Assembly: GCA_051362555.1 (NCBI GenBank) | Contig: CM120642.1 | Span: 26,784,001-26,848,000 of the forward strand | Length of the DNA: 64,000 bases | Source: Lingula anatina | Taxonomy: Eukaryota; Animalia; Brachiopoda | Reading direction: 5' to 3' | In this document: positions 1 to 14,300 of the stretch, piece after piece | How positions within the stretch are numbered: the first letter of the stretch is position 1 | How the letters are laid out: each line of letters starts with the position of its first letter | Notes under the pieces: model-generated | Told to the model about the DNA's origin: nothing | The model's database searches: none | What the model saw: the letters and a program-made list of their open reading frames with translations, nothing else | Position numbers and translations under genes: made by a program

Positions 1-2872
1 TAACTATATGCTGCATCAGTTTGTTGAAATATTTAGTCAACATAATATGTGGATCTTCAGCTTAACCTGAATTTGAAAGATTGTGTTATAGTTTAACATT
101 TGTGCATTTTTCTATACAAAAGAAGACCAATCTCAGTAGTTGTATAGAAATATTATAACCTAGATATTGTCCCATAATTGTATATAATGGTTCCTCGTGG
201 AACAAAATGGTGCCCTTCTCGTTTTGCCAACAATTTTCACAATTTTAGTTTTCCATTTTTAACCTTTGAGTAGGGCAGACCATGTAATTGCACAAGACAC
301 TATACTATAATGTCTCTTGTATAGAATTGTCAATCTGCTATGTACAAAGTTTGTAACTTGCATGAAATTGCTTGGTAATGGTGAAAGAATTGGCATACCA
401 TCACAACTAGACGGATTTATAATGTTTTTGACACAGCACAGACAAATACATGCTTTTTTATCAGACGTAACAGGCAAAGAGGAATAAAACTGTGTGTTAT
501 AAATGTAGTGGCTGCTTGTAGTTACATCTCAAGGGAGGGAAAATGACTTGCAAATTTGAGTTCTAAAGATTTAACTGCAATAAAAAAAATCTGTTGGGAT
601 TTGGGAGCAATTTTGATTGAAGTCAAGAAAATTGCTGTGGCAAAATATAAGTCAAATGGGATGTGATAGAAAAAAAAGCTTGTGTTATTCTTTACCTTGT
701 GCTAATGTGTTGCTCTTTCGGTTTTCAATGTCAGGGGTTGCCCATTGATGTGAACTGCAGAGCTAACAAGGTGAATGCTTAGAAATCTCGGGAAAATTCC
801 TACAGGTGTTTCTGGGGAAATGAAGAGGCATGTGGTCTCATCTTAAGGATTTCCATGTATTTAAGATCACAAGGAGTTAGCCAGAATTTTATTTAAAACT
901 TGGATTGGGAATTATTTCTTTTGGCTGAAATGTAGATTTTTAAGATTTCTGGAAATTTGAGGATATATTTATTCCAAGGGTTTAAATTGGAATTCTTAAC
1001 ATTTGATAGGCACTACCTGGAAGTTAATGTTTGATCTTGTTCATTCTGGTACCTTTATTGTCAGCCCCAGCTGATACATAGACTGAAAAAAGGATAGAAG
1101 ATGATAAAACTGTGTGTGATACATTTAAATCATTTTATCTGCAGTAAGAAATTCAGACAAGGGCACTCATTGTCTGAACTTTTGGTTCATTGATAAACAG
1201 ATGTATATCTTAAACTTTGCTTGTAATTGACTAAACAACTACCTTAAACTTTGCTAGAAAGAAGCAAAAATTGATTAATTTTGTTGTAACAAAATAGGGA
1301 CTGAATAGGTTAAAACAAGTTCACAAAATGCTATATTCCACAAGAAGTTTTTCTCTGTTTTACCAGTTACTCAGCAAGAACATCCCAGTGCAGACAAATT
1401 TATTATCTGGCTAGCGGAGACAAATGAAACCTGACCAGTAGTAGTTCTAAGTGCTGCTTATCTATTGTTAAACCCTTTTAATTTCCATGTCTGGCCTGCA
1501 GAAGAGTCAGGCCTCCCGGGTAAAACATGTTAGATATGAAATGACATGGAATGGAAAATCATCGGAAAAACCTGTGCCTGTTGTGATGAATTGGAAATAT
1601 TGAGAAAAAAAGGCAAGGAAATATAGCGAGCAGTTATCTCAGAGGAAGAATTACAAACACAGAAATTGTAATGCAGTGGATATTTTCATTTTTCAAAACT
1701 TCAGATTGCATCATTTACAACCGGTAATTTTGAGTAAAAAATTCTGAGCATATCAGAGCATCATTGCAAACAGTAAGATCAGACATCTGATAGCTATTCC
1801 CCTCACCTAAGAAACTTCTCAGCATGATATAAACCCTGTGTATTTGTGGTATTGTCATCAGTAAAATAAAGGTAAACCTTTCCTATACCAGCAGCAGAAT
1901 AAGCTGCCTCAGTGAACCCTTTGTTATACAGGGTGAAAGCCCTGTGAAGCCCATTACATCATTGGCAGCTCCTGTTAAGGAGGAATGTGTCTCTTGACAG
2001 TGAAAGGCAGATGGCTGGGTGCTGGTCTGTTTCATAGGGGTATAATTTGCAGCAGCGGGCTTTCTCACCTTCAGTTTGATGAGCCCCCTGTGCAAATCTT
2101 GATCTCTTGGTCAACAGAGTTATTGCAGAAGCCAGATGGCAAAGCGAGAGAGCTTCTGTGAAGGGGGCTTCATTTGATTTGTTTTGATTGGTAATTAGGC
2201 CGTTCAAAAATTTTCTTTGATTGTGGGTTTCACTACTAATGCTAGATTATAGTAATCAATTGAAATTGGGGGGTCTTCCTGATCTCAATGAAGGAAGTAC
2301 ATCTAAATAACTTTTTTGTAATATCTGTCCCCATGTGTTTGTTTGAAATAATGTTATGTATAATTATTCAGATAAAAATTATGATAGATCACCACAGAGA
2401 GGTAAAGGTGGTTGATGTTTGGCCAAAAAGTTATGTTCTTTCTTTAAAAGAATGGGAACAAATAGATTGTAAACTTGACTTGCCAAAATCTAGAACTTCA
2501 AGGTGTTTTATCATAGTCCTGTCTTTTTTTTTTACTGCTTTACATTGTACTTGAGTTAAATGTGGCAATTAAAAACATTCAGAATTAATAAATGTCTGTT
2601 TTCTATCACTTAAATAGATTAACCACTTGAGAAACGTAAACAGACATGAGTACTAATATTGTTTTTATGTAAAGATCATTTTTAAATAATTTATCTCAGG
2701 GTTCTCATTTATTTATCACAAGTATGTAATATTTTCATGTAAAACAATATTCAGAGGTTATATTCTTTACATGCCTGTCTAAAGTTTTTTTGTCATATTG
2801 AATATGGTAATGTATAAATATAATTGCTGTTTTACTATCATAATTTAATAATTTAAATTTTGCCTATTTCAG

Positions 2873-2954
2873 CTTGCCTTCAAACAAATCCATGCAATTG
2901 TAGGAACGGGGGATGTTGTACAGTATCAGAATCAAACGGAACTCCACATTGCGA
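2873..2954 (+). CDS. Notch: Notch coding exon 1/33 in window (probably gene exon 2), EGF1 N-part; gene is 5'-partial
   Basis: tttcag acceptor, gtaagt donor; reads ACLQTNPCNCRNGGCCTVSESNGTPHC(D); phase-2 end joins 22864 in frame to complete an EGF repeat. Confidence 0.85.
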
Positions 2955-5900
2955 GTAAGTACATTTGAAGGAACAATTTATCATGGATATTATTTAATAG
3001 AACTGTGATTGCTCAAATGAATTTACATTGAAATTTATTACTTCAAAAATGATCATGAAAAAGGGAAGATATTGAGATCACAGCGATTGGAGGATCGCTT
3101 GATAAACTGAGGATTCAAAATATACTAAAAGTTGTCCTGTGGTATCTTGTAATATACCTATGACAATCAAACCGTGAAGAAATAATAAAAGTCTGTTTAT
3201 CCAAGGCTATCAATAGAAACATTTACAAGTTAACTGTAACATTGTTATTGATCCCAATGTTAGACCTATATTTAGCAAGCGTGTTTAGTTTATTGTTGTA
3301 TTATTGCTGAATATCAAACCTCAGTTTTTGTTGTCTCACAAGAGTGGGAGAAAAAAAGTATGGTAACGGTTTCAAACTTATTGTTTGTCATTCATTTGTC
3401 TGGGTAGAAATTCAAAGAATATGCTTTCTGTGATTCAGAAAACTTGAAACAATGATTTTCTCTTGCATGATTAGAACCGTATTAATTCTGAGCCATAAAA
3501 AACAACTAAATTTCTTTTCTAATGGGAAAATATATAAAAGACAAGTGATGCTCTTCCTATTTTGTTTCAATTGGGTACTTGCTGTACGTTTACACCCAAC
3601 ATCAAGCCATAGTCCCTACTTATTGTTCATTCACTGAGATTTCTGTTCATATTTATTTAATTGATCTCATTAAGCAAGGCCTATCTTGTGCTCCCTCTCT
3701 ACAGACAAAACAATATTTCTGTACCCAGTACGATATACAAAAGACTAGACTTACTCAGCCACCCAAGTTTTCTCTATAAATACACAAACTGACAAATTTG
3801 ATCGCAGCAATATTGGAAGATAATTTCAGTCCTGATAAGGATAATTTAGAGAAAATATGGTATCTTGTATCCGAATCTTTGGAATCTGGGAAAATGAGTA
3901 GAAAATTGGCTTCACTGTTTAGAAAGATGAACTTCAGATTTTTTAAAGCTTCATCGAAGGTATTCATTTGTAGGGCTGTTCATTAAGAAGGGAAAGGTGG
4001 ATGGTATAGTAATCATCTTAACGACTTCATTTGAAGTCTGTTCAGTCCTTCAAGTTCAGCCAGTTAAGTAGGGGTCTGCTATTGCACATTAGCAATCAAT
4101 ATGTTCGTGATTGCAAAAATTGGCTTGAAATTAGTTACAGGACAAAAAAGATCAATAAGGAGCAATGATCTTATGTACTGAGAAAACATTCCTGGTTTTG
4201 TGCTATTTGTTAGTGTACGCCAAGGACAACAATTGTGCATTGGCGTATTTATATAAATCAAAATGGTAGCCATATGTAGGGGGTTAGAAAACTGGATGAT
4301 ACGGAGAAGGAAAGAAGTTTTTATCAGTGGCAGATTGCCATAATTTAAAAAAACATTGTTTTTTGTAACTAGTTTGTCATAATTTACATAATGTACACTT
4401 GAAATTTTTAATAAAGAGAGGGATGACTGAAAGAACAAGTTTTCACGATAATAAAAGAATTGTCTAATAATTTAGGTAGATTATGAAGTATTTATGTATT
4501 GAAAAAGTAATGTCTATTTTATGGACTGCTATCTAATGAACTTATAAATAACTGGTTAAGTGTTTACAATCATTATCAAAACAAATGTTTGTGTAAGATT
4601 GAACATCTCAGAAATATATTTCTAGGAAATGTACCCCAGGTAGCCATCCCTCCCGAGTCCCCCTCTCCCTTTCCAAATAAAAACCAATATTTGTCCAAGT
4701 CCAAGAATCTTCCTCTCCCCTTTGTTTAGCTCGTCCCTCACTGGGTTCCCTAATCCTTATCAAGATGCCATGTTGAAAGGGAATGCTGATTATCAGGAGA
4801 CCTTGGCTAGAGGAAAGAGAGAGATAATTACCTGACGCACAGGGAGTTGGGCTTAATAAACAAATTTACAGTAGTTAACTGGGCCGATCAGCCTCCATGT
4901 TATACACAAAGGGATGGGAATCGTGGGAACTGGGAGACTTTTTATCAGCGACTGCTTACCTGAGCCATCAGACCATCTGTCCGATTTGATTGGATACAAT
5001 AAGCCAGTTGAAAAGATTGATAGGGTGAAGCGTGCCTATTTAATTCAAGAAAAAAATGGCAAGCATTCACCTGTTGTTTGTGATAATTGGCAGTTTCAAA
5101 AAAAATTTTGTCACCCCCTTTCATAAATAATGCATACTTAGTTATAGAATAGGACTATCACATTATTTTTACATAAAAGATGCAGTGATGGTAGATGCAG
5201 TGATGGTATATATATCTATTTTTGTTTTTTGTAGTAGCAAGGTTCGAATTTTTTGTTCATTTGATTCATTCTTTTTTTTTTTATTGATAGGGTTTTGACA
5301 TTGATTTTTTAAAGGAAATGCTTATTTAGCATTTGAAATGTTTCCTTAGGAAAGGAACACTGAAGCTCTTTTAAAGAAAATGCTCTTAAAAAGCATTAAA
5401 TAACAAGTTTGAAAAGTTTAACAAACAAAGAAAATACACCACAATATATATTTTTTGCCTTAAAGTTATTTATTTTTTAAAACAATTTTTGTCGGATTAA
5501 CTTAAAATGGAATTTTGGGAAGCAAGTGTGGTTATTTATGGATATTGGCCAAAGAAAAGAGTGCTTAGGCCATTAAAAAGTAGACAAAAATCTTTAAAAA
5601 TTGACAACTGCACTTAAAGAGACAATTCAAGTTTATTTGTGTGTAACCTGGAAAAAAAAGAACGGGATTACTATTTCCCAGAGTTTTTCCCAGTAATCCC
5701 ATTTTTCTGCTTGGTTACCTGTATTGTCACTTCAGGGTAATTGCGTTACACATTTCAAGTGCAGAGTTGATTAATGGAAAAGTGGTTTCAATCACTGTGA
5801 TTCGTCAGGTGAGCTTGCATGTCGCCTGGTAATGAACCAAGGGGTAGCAAGACTAGGAGAAGTTTCTCACATTAATTAACAAGGGTGTAGACGTATATTA

Positions 5901-7592
5901 TATGTATGATAGAGCAGTGAATTGATTAAGAGAACTATTAGGGCTGATTAAGGTTGGCAAGATTTACACTTTAAATACTATAGATGTCATTTAGCGCAAA
6001 TGCTGTCAGTTAAGGTTCAATATAAATATTTTCATGTACACCTGAGATGAAATTAGAGGGCAATGATCTGCTTTTATTGTGTAAAATTGAGACAGTTTAT
6101 GATGCAAGACCTTCACCTTAAATAGACAGATGGTGTGAAGCCCCAGTTATGGCATACCTTGTGTATGTAATTTCACTGCATGTTACAAGCGTAGGGCCTT
6201 ATCAGTCAATTAATTGTCTTCAAGTAGCCAAGACCCAAATATTTAAAACAAATATGTCACCTAAGACACAAACTTGAAGCTAGTTGAGATATAGGATTAA
6301 ATGTCAGATGATTATTGGGTTGTTTCTGTCTCCAAATCTTTTTGTTTATTGCTGCCATGGCAATGTATGTTGAACATCTTTGCAGTGAGACAGTCCTCCT
6401 AGAGACTTTGGATTATCAGTTTTTCACGTCTGATTAAGCACCATTGAAGGATCCTGTAATACTGTTAGTGTGTACATTGCGCAGTGAAAAAAATCTAGAG
6501 TTGGTATTCAGAAAAGTACAGGAGGAATGAGTGTGTGGGAAAATACTGCCGCGCTGACTAGCGCACTGCCAAACATGCCATCTCTATCTCACAACATGGA
6601 GATTTGTCACTTAGCCAGTCCTGATTATTTTGATTTCTTTTATCTGCTGATTGCTGATTGCCAAACTATGGCGAAGGCCTGTGTCTTCTCTCAAACAACT
6701 ATTTGGAAACATGTAATGTTGTGTTGAAATTGAACAGAGACGGACCTGGGTATTTTCATTTTGGAGTGGGCTGCTAAACACTCACATACCTACACATGTG
6801 TAAACTTTGCCTGGTAAATCTTATAACATTTTGGCTGAGCTAAACACATGAGCAGCTCAAGAGGTGTATTATTTTAAATTCTAAATTGCCCCAAAAGTTT
6901 TCAAATATCAGTCCTTTAAAGGATCATTTATTAATATGCGGATCCTTAATGTGCGGTGATCACAGAGATGTTCTTGTCTTAGGTTTTTTGGTCAGATAAG
7001 AAAACAGAATATTTTCTTTGAAATGTTTTCTCCTCATGCAATGTGGTAAACAGATTGATGGAATGATTAGGCAAGTGGTCCACAAATCTCTACTGAGGCA
7101 TGGTAAATTTACCAACGTCTTCTTCCACTATCAGAAAAATCTAAAAATTTTAGCTGACAGTTAGTCAGCACTTGTGTTTTGAGTTGCAAAAAAATAAGAA
7201 AAAATCTACAAATCCGAAAGCATTTTAGGGACAGACATTTTAGATGAATTCTGAATTTTCAAAGTTTTTTGGTAGAGGTAAAAGTAGCTTTGGCCATTAA
7301 GAATTGTGAAAAGATTCAGCATAAGGGTTTTTTATCCATTTTTTTGTTCATTGGCAGTACTTGAATCAGTGCAGTGTCAGTGCCCTCCTTCATAATTCCA
7401 GTCATTGGTTTAGATTTTATCTTCCCTTCCAGATAAGGCGGTGGAAAAATTGTTGTCATGTACAAAATGAGCCTCTTTTTTTAACTTTCTGAAAATGTCT
7501 GATATATGGTGAAAAACCTGAAATGGGATTGGGAACAAATTTTTCATTTGAAGTGCAGAAGTCGTTGAAACTTTGCATGGAAGTGCCCAGCA

Positions 7593-7596
<4 letters not shown>

Positions 7597-7634
<38 letters not shown>
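7597..7634. repeat. (CT)n microsatellite
   Basis: Direct reading. Confidence 0.95.
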
Positions 7635-7637
<3 letters not shown>

Positions 7638-10345
7638 CCATCCTGTTCTATCTCTCAATTCACACATGAAAAATATTAATATTCAGAATGCCATGTCTGC
7701 ATCCCCCTCTGTCACCCTCATGATGTCTTAGTTTTCCCACAGGATAGAACTAAAGCCACCTGACAGAGTTTGATGGATGACCAGTTTCTTTTTCTTCACC
7801 TCATAAGCTGGTCAGCATTCTTTTTCTCCATAGTAAAAAAAAAAAATCAAAAACAGCACTTCAGTTTGTTGCCATAGAATTTTCCCTTGCCAGATTTTAA
7901 AGTGTGCCTGGCCAGGATGAGATGACGGGTGCCAAGTTTGTTCCAGAGTTGGTAGTGTTCACACACGTTTTGAGTCAACTGCCTGGTGGTTTATCGCCAG
8001 TTGCTACTGAGGGCCCATTCAGAACACTTTGGTCCAGAGACTAACAGATTCATTGTCAAGTGCATGCTATATTTGATATGCGGACTGGTTAGTCCACGGA
8101 TCAACTTTGTTGTGAATGTTCTCGAAAAGTCCTCCCTCTTCTGGTTGGCTGTGTTGCCCTGTATTTGGCGAAGCGGTTGGTAACTGTGTGTGTAAACTGG
8201 ACTTGAAGAGGTGTTGAAACATGTCGAGTGACTGGTGGCCGTCCCAGTAGAATGTCAGGGGAAATGTGGTAATGGTTGGTGAAAGTTAAGGTGGCAGTTC
8301 CCAATATTTCACACCCCCATGTGGACATGATAGAATGGCACCACATGCAGGATCTGAATTTTCACAATTTTTCTCGAGCAGGTCTAAAAGACAAGTGAAA
8401 GGTTAGGTGCTTAGGAGCAGCATAGTCCTACGTTAAGCAATTTACCAACACCTGCTTTAAAATGTTATAAATTATTGTTTGACCAAAGTGGTAAACTTGA
8501 AAATATTAAATAGAAATTTTAAAAATGTGCAGGGAGTTTGGAAAGTGATCATACCAGTATAGTTTTAGGCTAGAAAGTGGGGGCACTGTTTATCTGTCCC
8601 TGACACTGTTCGTCATGAGACCATTAAAATTTTTTTCTCCGCTTTGGAATTAATAAAAGAAAAATCACAACATTAAATTAAATATGTTGGTACAAGTTCA
8701 AGTCGGGAACCATTAAAATTCAAATCTCGATGGCATGTTAGTGAGTTCAACACCCAGAAGTAAACTCCTTGCTTTCTCATTGTAACAGTTACACTCCCTA
8801 CAAAGAACTTTTATAAAAATTGCAGGTTTGCATAGCAGAGACTATAAGTAATATTACCATTCAACCAGGCAACCAACTGTCTGTCTCTGTAAACTACCAA
8901 AAAATAAATATTAGTACTCTAAACAAAATCCAAAATGAGGCTTTTAAATTTCAGAACGGTAGGCTTTATGTCAGTGTTATCTTTAATAATAATTTGTTTG
9001 GAAATTGCTGTTTTGACATGTCGTTTGGACACGGCCATTAGCAGAACACCTTCCATTGGCTGTGCAGGCCATGCACCAGAGAAAGGTGTAAAGAGATCAT
9101 GTAAGAGAATAAGAGAAGAGATTTTCATATGCTTGTTTAAGGGCAGGGGTTAGGTAAAGATAAGCATTCCGTTTTCATTCTCATGACCTGTGGGAGTAGG
9201 GGAAATGACGGGTGCCATTTTGACGAGAGCTCCTAATAGTTGGATACAGTATAAAATTTCATGATTTCCTTGCTGCTGTATATTTTGTACTGTGATATTT
9301 TTGGAATGTTTGACAAAAAATGGCACTGCCCTGAAAAATGAATTAATTGATACAAGAGTAATTTGGATTTGATTAATGTGTATGACACAAATTTGGGGTG
9401 ACAAAATAGATTCGACATCAGTCATGAATTTAGATAAGCAGCAGCATAAAAGTTGTGTAATTTTCACACAGGTGAAAAAACTTGCGACTGGAGCTTTGTA
9501 ATTGCCTTACTAATGTCCTTTTTTTTGGCAATATCTCCCATGGAAAGATGTTGTGGTGTTTACCCTAAAGGAAAAAGGTCTAAGGTGAACAATATATTTC
9601 TGTGTCGTAAAATAAGAGAAGAAAGCACTTCTTGTACATCAAAGGCCTAAAATACAACAATCTTTTTTGAATTCGACACAGAATACATGTCCCATCTAGT
9701 AGTGTGATAAATCATCAGCTGAATGTGCATACTTTTCAATCTTTGCTTATTATAGCCATGTTTCATGCAGCATGATTTGTCTGAAAGAAAAAAAGTAGTC
9801 CCTGTGTTAAGCCACATGTTTACTTAATTCATAAACATATTGTGTGCTCCGCCTCAGCTGCCTTGCGTTAGCCCAGTGCTCGTAACTTTTGATTGTTTGT
9901 CCCACTGTTCCATTGCTTGATTATAGTAAATAAGGCAGCATTTAGGTGAAATTTAGCATTGACAGTGAGTGAAAAGCTATGCACTCATTACACTAGTTCA
10001 CTGCACAGTGGTATAGCTGGTAGCTACAAACTTGCAGGCTAGGGTGAAATTAATGGAACAGACCTGTATATATTATACTATGTTAGAATGGCCTTATCAG
10101 TCCTCAGGGGCAGCAGCCTATGATTTAAAGGACGTGTCATGAATAATTTTCTGAAGAGAGAGACATAGGACTGAAAGCCCATTTAATACGTACCTTGAGA
10201 GAAGACGTGCAAGATACATGCAAATCACGCACTGTATGTATGCCTCTGGTGACAATGAAAAATTTTAGAGATATGTATTTGTAATTAGGACCTGTGTGTA
10301 TTTTCGGTCTTTGCTTTACTGTCTTAATAGATCCACACTATTTAA

Positions 10346-10597
10346 GGCTTCGTTCACATGCAATGTCTATTTTCTATTTTCTATTTTCTATTTTCGGTAT
10401 GTCTTATGATCACGGTCTGTGCACTGATTATCCCGCCGCGTAATTACTGGCAGCGCGAGCCAGTTACTTATAGTAACTTATAGTAACTGGCTCGCGCTGC
10501 CAGTAATTACGCCGCGGGATATTCAGTGCACAGACCGTGTTCATAAGACATACCGAAAATAGAAAATAGAAAATAGACATTGCATGTGAACGAAGCC
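10346..10597. mobile_element. PIF/Harbinger-type (Tourist-like) palindromic MITE, 252 bp
   Basis: Almost the whole element is an inverted repeat (GGCTTCGTTCACATGCAATGTCTATTTTC... / ...GAAAATAGACATTGCATGTGAACGAAGCC); TAA flanks both ends (10343-45, 10598-600). Confidence 0.88.
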
Positions 10598-11318
10598 TAA
10601 GAAGTGGTATTCCATTTTGTTAGAAATGTAACCCACAAAAACCTCTCTGTCTCTCTCTTTCTCCCCTCTATCTCTCTCTCTCTGTCTTTATTTTTCTTAC
10701 TCTGCTGTATACCTCATTCATACAACCTGTTACTGTCTAGGTATCACCTTACACCTCAGGAGATGATACCCGAGATATCAATAAGAGCAGACAAGGCAAC
10801 AAAATACCTCACACTGCTCTCTTCCTTCTTTAACCTGTGAGACTGACACCTTGTGTGTATAAATACATACATGTGTAGATACATAAACAAGAAAGATTAA
10901 TAACCGATTCTTTGAGAGGTTTTAGGGAATTAGTCTGTGTAGCTAGATAGGTATGCTCTTGTCATTGATAATTTTGTAAGGATGCTGTCATTTTGGTGTG
11001 AGTAATTAATGATTGATCTTTTGCTATCTATACTTAATGATACCCTACATCTATATAGGTCTTGATAGTTATAGTGAAGTGTTAAGGGTCTTTAGGTGTA
11101 TGAAACATGGTGTATCTAAACCCTCTACTTACTATGGGTTGAATAGTAGTGAAAATTTTTTGTTTTCCACTTGTTAAAGATGCTACATTTTGTTAATGGA
11201 ACAGAAAAATTTTAACACCATTGTGCTAAGCAGTTCAAAGACTTCAATATTTGTTTGAATTATTTGAACCATTGGATACCTCCCCCCCCCAAAAAAAAAG
11301 AAGGGGGATGACATCAAA

Positions 11319-11349
<31 letters not shown>

Positions 11350-14300
11350 ATTGAAAATTAAACAGCAAATACCAGTATATCAGAGATTTACAAACATGGG
11401 AGCATGTGTTGGGTAGAATGTTGAGTAGGTGTAGTAAACTGCCAGTGTTTACTCAGGTGATGAGTCTCAGGAATCAAAATAAGGCGAATAAGCCAGGATC
11501 AACAAGCCCCCTCACTGTAACGGCATTCATCCCTGAGAATTATACATCTTGGAACAGCTGCTGTGTAGTTTGATCAGGTTATTAGCCAATCAGTGGTCTG
11601 ATTGCTCTTAGGGAGCCTTTATTGTTTGTTTTGTGTGTTTGATCTAATCACAGTTTTTCAACACGGACTAAATGTTACTACCTTGTTCTCATTTCAACAG
11701 CTTAGTATTTTTAATTGAAATATTTGATCTTTTTGTGGTTCAATATTTGTTACCCTAAGGTTGGATTTTAGCTGTGGGTTGATAGAAAAGGAAAGTGAAT
11801 TTAAAATACCTCACATTATAAATATGAAAATATTTTTACTGTTATCTGATTAAAAAAAACAGTAAGTGAGGATTGGAAAAAGGAAATTAAAAGCACATGC
11901 TGACATATGATCATGGAAAGTTTTATTCAAAATCTGTATTATGCCATGAGGTACTATCATCCCTATAAGAAGGCAACACAATAAGTTGAATACTGAATAA
12001 ATTTTGAATAAATTGCACTGCCTAAAGGAAGCAGGGCCCCCACAAAAGAAAGCTGTGGGATGTCACATTACATGTAAACATTTATCTTCATCTCTTTTAA
12101 ACTGAGATCACTTCTGAAAGATGGCCTCATGTTTAGATTTAAGAGGAATGATGGAGGAAGTGAATAAGTTGAAGACACAGATGCAAATGATAAGAGAAGA
12201 ACATGTTCTTTCAGTGATATGAGCAACTCATTATCTTGGTCCATTCATAGAGGTTGATTGCACTAGTATAAAACCTGTTGCATATGGGCCATCCATGTAA
12301 TTAGCTCTTAATTGAACTGATTAAAGCATATTTGATTAATATTCAATTTATTCTTAACAGCTTGTATCCTTTATAGAAGAAATGCATATTTTGAGGACAA
12401 AGTCTACTAAAAAGGATTAAATTTAGAAAAATTTTAGAAATTTAGAAAACAAGGCAGTGTTACTGTAAAAGGAAGCTATGTTTAATAAAAAAAGGAAGAG
12501 TTAGACAATATTTAATGAGATTTCCAAACAGTCACCACATGATTCATTTTGCCCACCCACCTTGTACAAAATTATTTGCTTGATTGTTCTTATACATGAG
12601 AATATATATATATATAAATACACATAGAAATATGGTGTGGTTTTTCTGCATCTTGATATGGAAGGCAATTATGAAGAAGCACCGTGGAAGATAGCATCTC
12701 TCAAATTCCCACCTTTCGTGGTATATGTCATTACTGGAACATATACGTATGTGATGTGCCTTGATATTCAACTTCTGTGTAAACGTCCCCACTCGTGATA
12801 ATGTCAAAAATGGCCCCCCATTTTAATTCATGAATGCTCAAAGTGAGATAGCCACGTCATTTGCATTTGTAATACCAGAGTATGAAAATGTGTCCAAAAC
12901 TGTTTCTTTTTACACAAGTTGAAATATGTTTTTTGTTTTGATGGTTTTGCATGTTCCACAGCATTATTTTATTTTAGTCTTGTTTGTAAATATTTTTGGT
13001 TTAAGATGTCAGCTTTAAGCAGAAATAGAAAATCAGATTAAAAAAAAGCACCCCAGTTCTGTACCCAAGTTCATTTCAAGTGAAATTTTTCCATTAATTT
13101 AGTTTGTCTTTCCTCACACCTGTTACTTCATGTATGTGAGAAAAGGCAGTTTAGAATTTAAAGTAACAAAAATGTATGAAAAATGGGCCTTTGTTGAGCA
13201 TACCAGTTGGTAAACGAAGAAGCCATTTACTCTTTCAAGTGCTAACCAACACATTTGGACCTCTGCCTATTTAAATTTGAAAAATACTCATTCTATATAG
13301 TTGCCAGATTCTTTCAAAAAGCAGGAAATATGAATGAGTCGTCCGCTGTGCATATATTGAGGCATAAATAGTCCATGGGTGCTCGGATGTTTGCCAACTG
13401 GGGTCGAACTACATCAGGCAAACGTAAGCCATTAAAGCCCAAACAGCGTGTGTCCACACTTGAGCATGCAGATCGTGTGTGCCACATTTGCCGTATGTTG
13501 TCCTATTCACGTGCAGTGTGTGATTTACTGGGACACAACAAAAGGCAGGAGGACCGCTGATGGCTGTAATGGTGTTTTCACTGGAGTGGCCACAGCCAAT
13601 CAGAGCCCAGGCTTCTGTTTGCCGAGGCAGGTGTGCATGCTAATTAAGTCTAACTCCGGGGTGACCAAACAAAGGTCCTATGTGAGGCGTGAGGCTGGAG
13701 ACATTTCATATCCTCACTCATTTGCTGGCACACTTTACCCAGCCCAGTTAGAGTGGTATTGAATCTTGAAAAATACTTAACTCTCAGCCCCTGAGACCAT
13801 TAAGAATGACAAACTGCTTGAATGGGTCTTTTGAAAATGTAATCTGCTAAAAAGTCTGCTGTTAGAATTTAATTTTGGTTTGCCTTATTTGGTTGTTCAA
13901 TTTAGAGAAATTTAATACCCATACGGCAATGTTGGAGTGACTGTGTTTTTTTAATGGCACACTTGGGAGTGCGAGGATTGTGCTGAAATGCAAACTGAGT
14001 AACAGGAAAGAGACAGACTGCAGACTACGACTAAATCAGTTTCATATAAAACGGATTTGAAAGATAAAGGTGAAAAGGAGGAAAAGCACATAGGATGCCA
14101 TTATATGTTATTGTCTCTTGCACATTTTGGTATGGTGTTTGGCCATTAGTCTTGGGTTTTGAAAAAATAAGTTTCCACTTTTTGATAGAAAGAAAACAAG
14201 CAAAAAAAAATAACATCTTTTGATTTTGTCTGTCATTGTTCAATTTTAATAATGACTTAATAATAACTGCATGCTTCTTCCTGTTTGTGCTGAAACTGAC

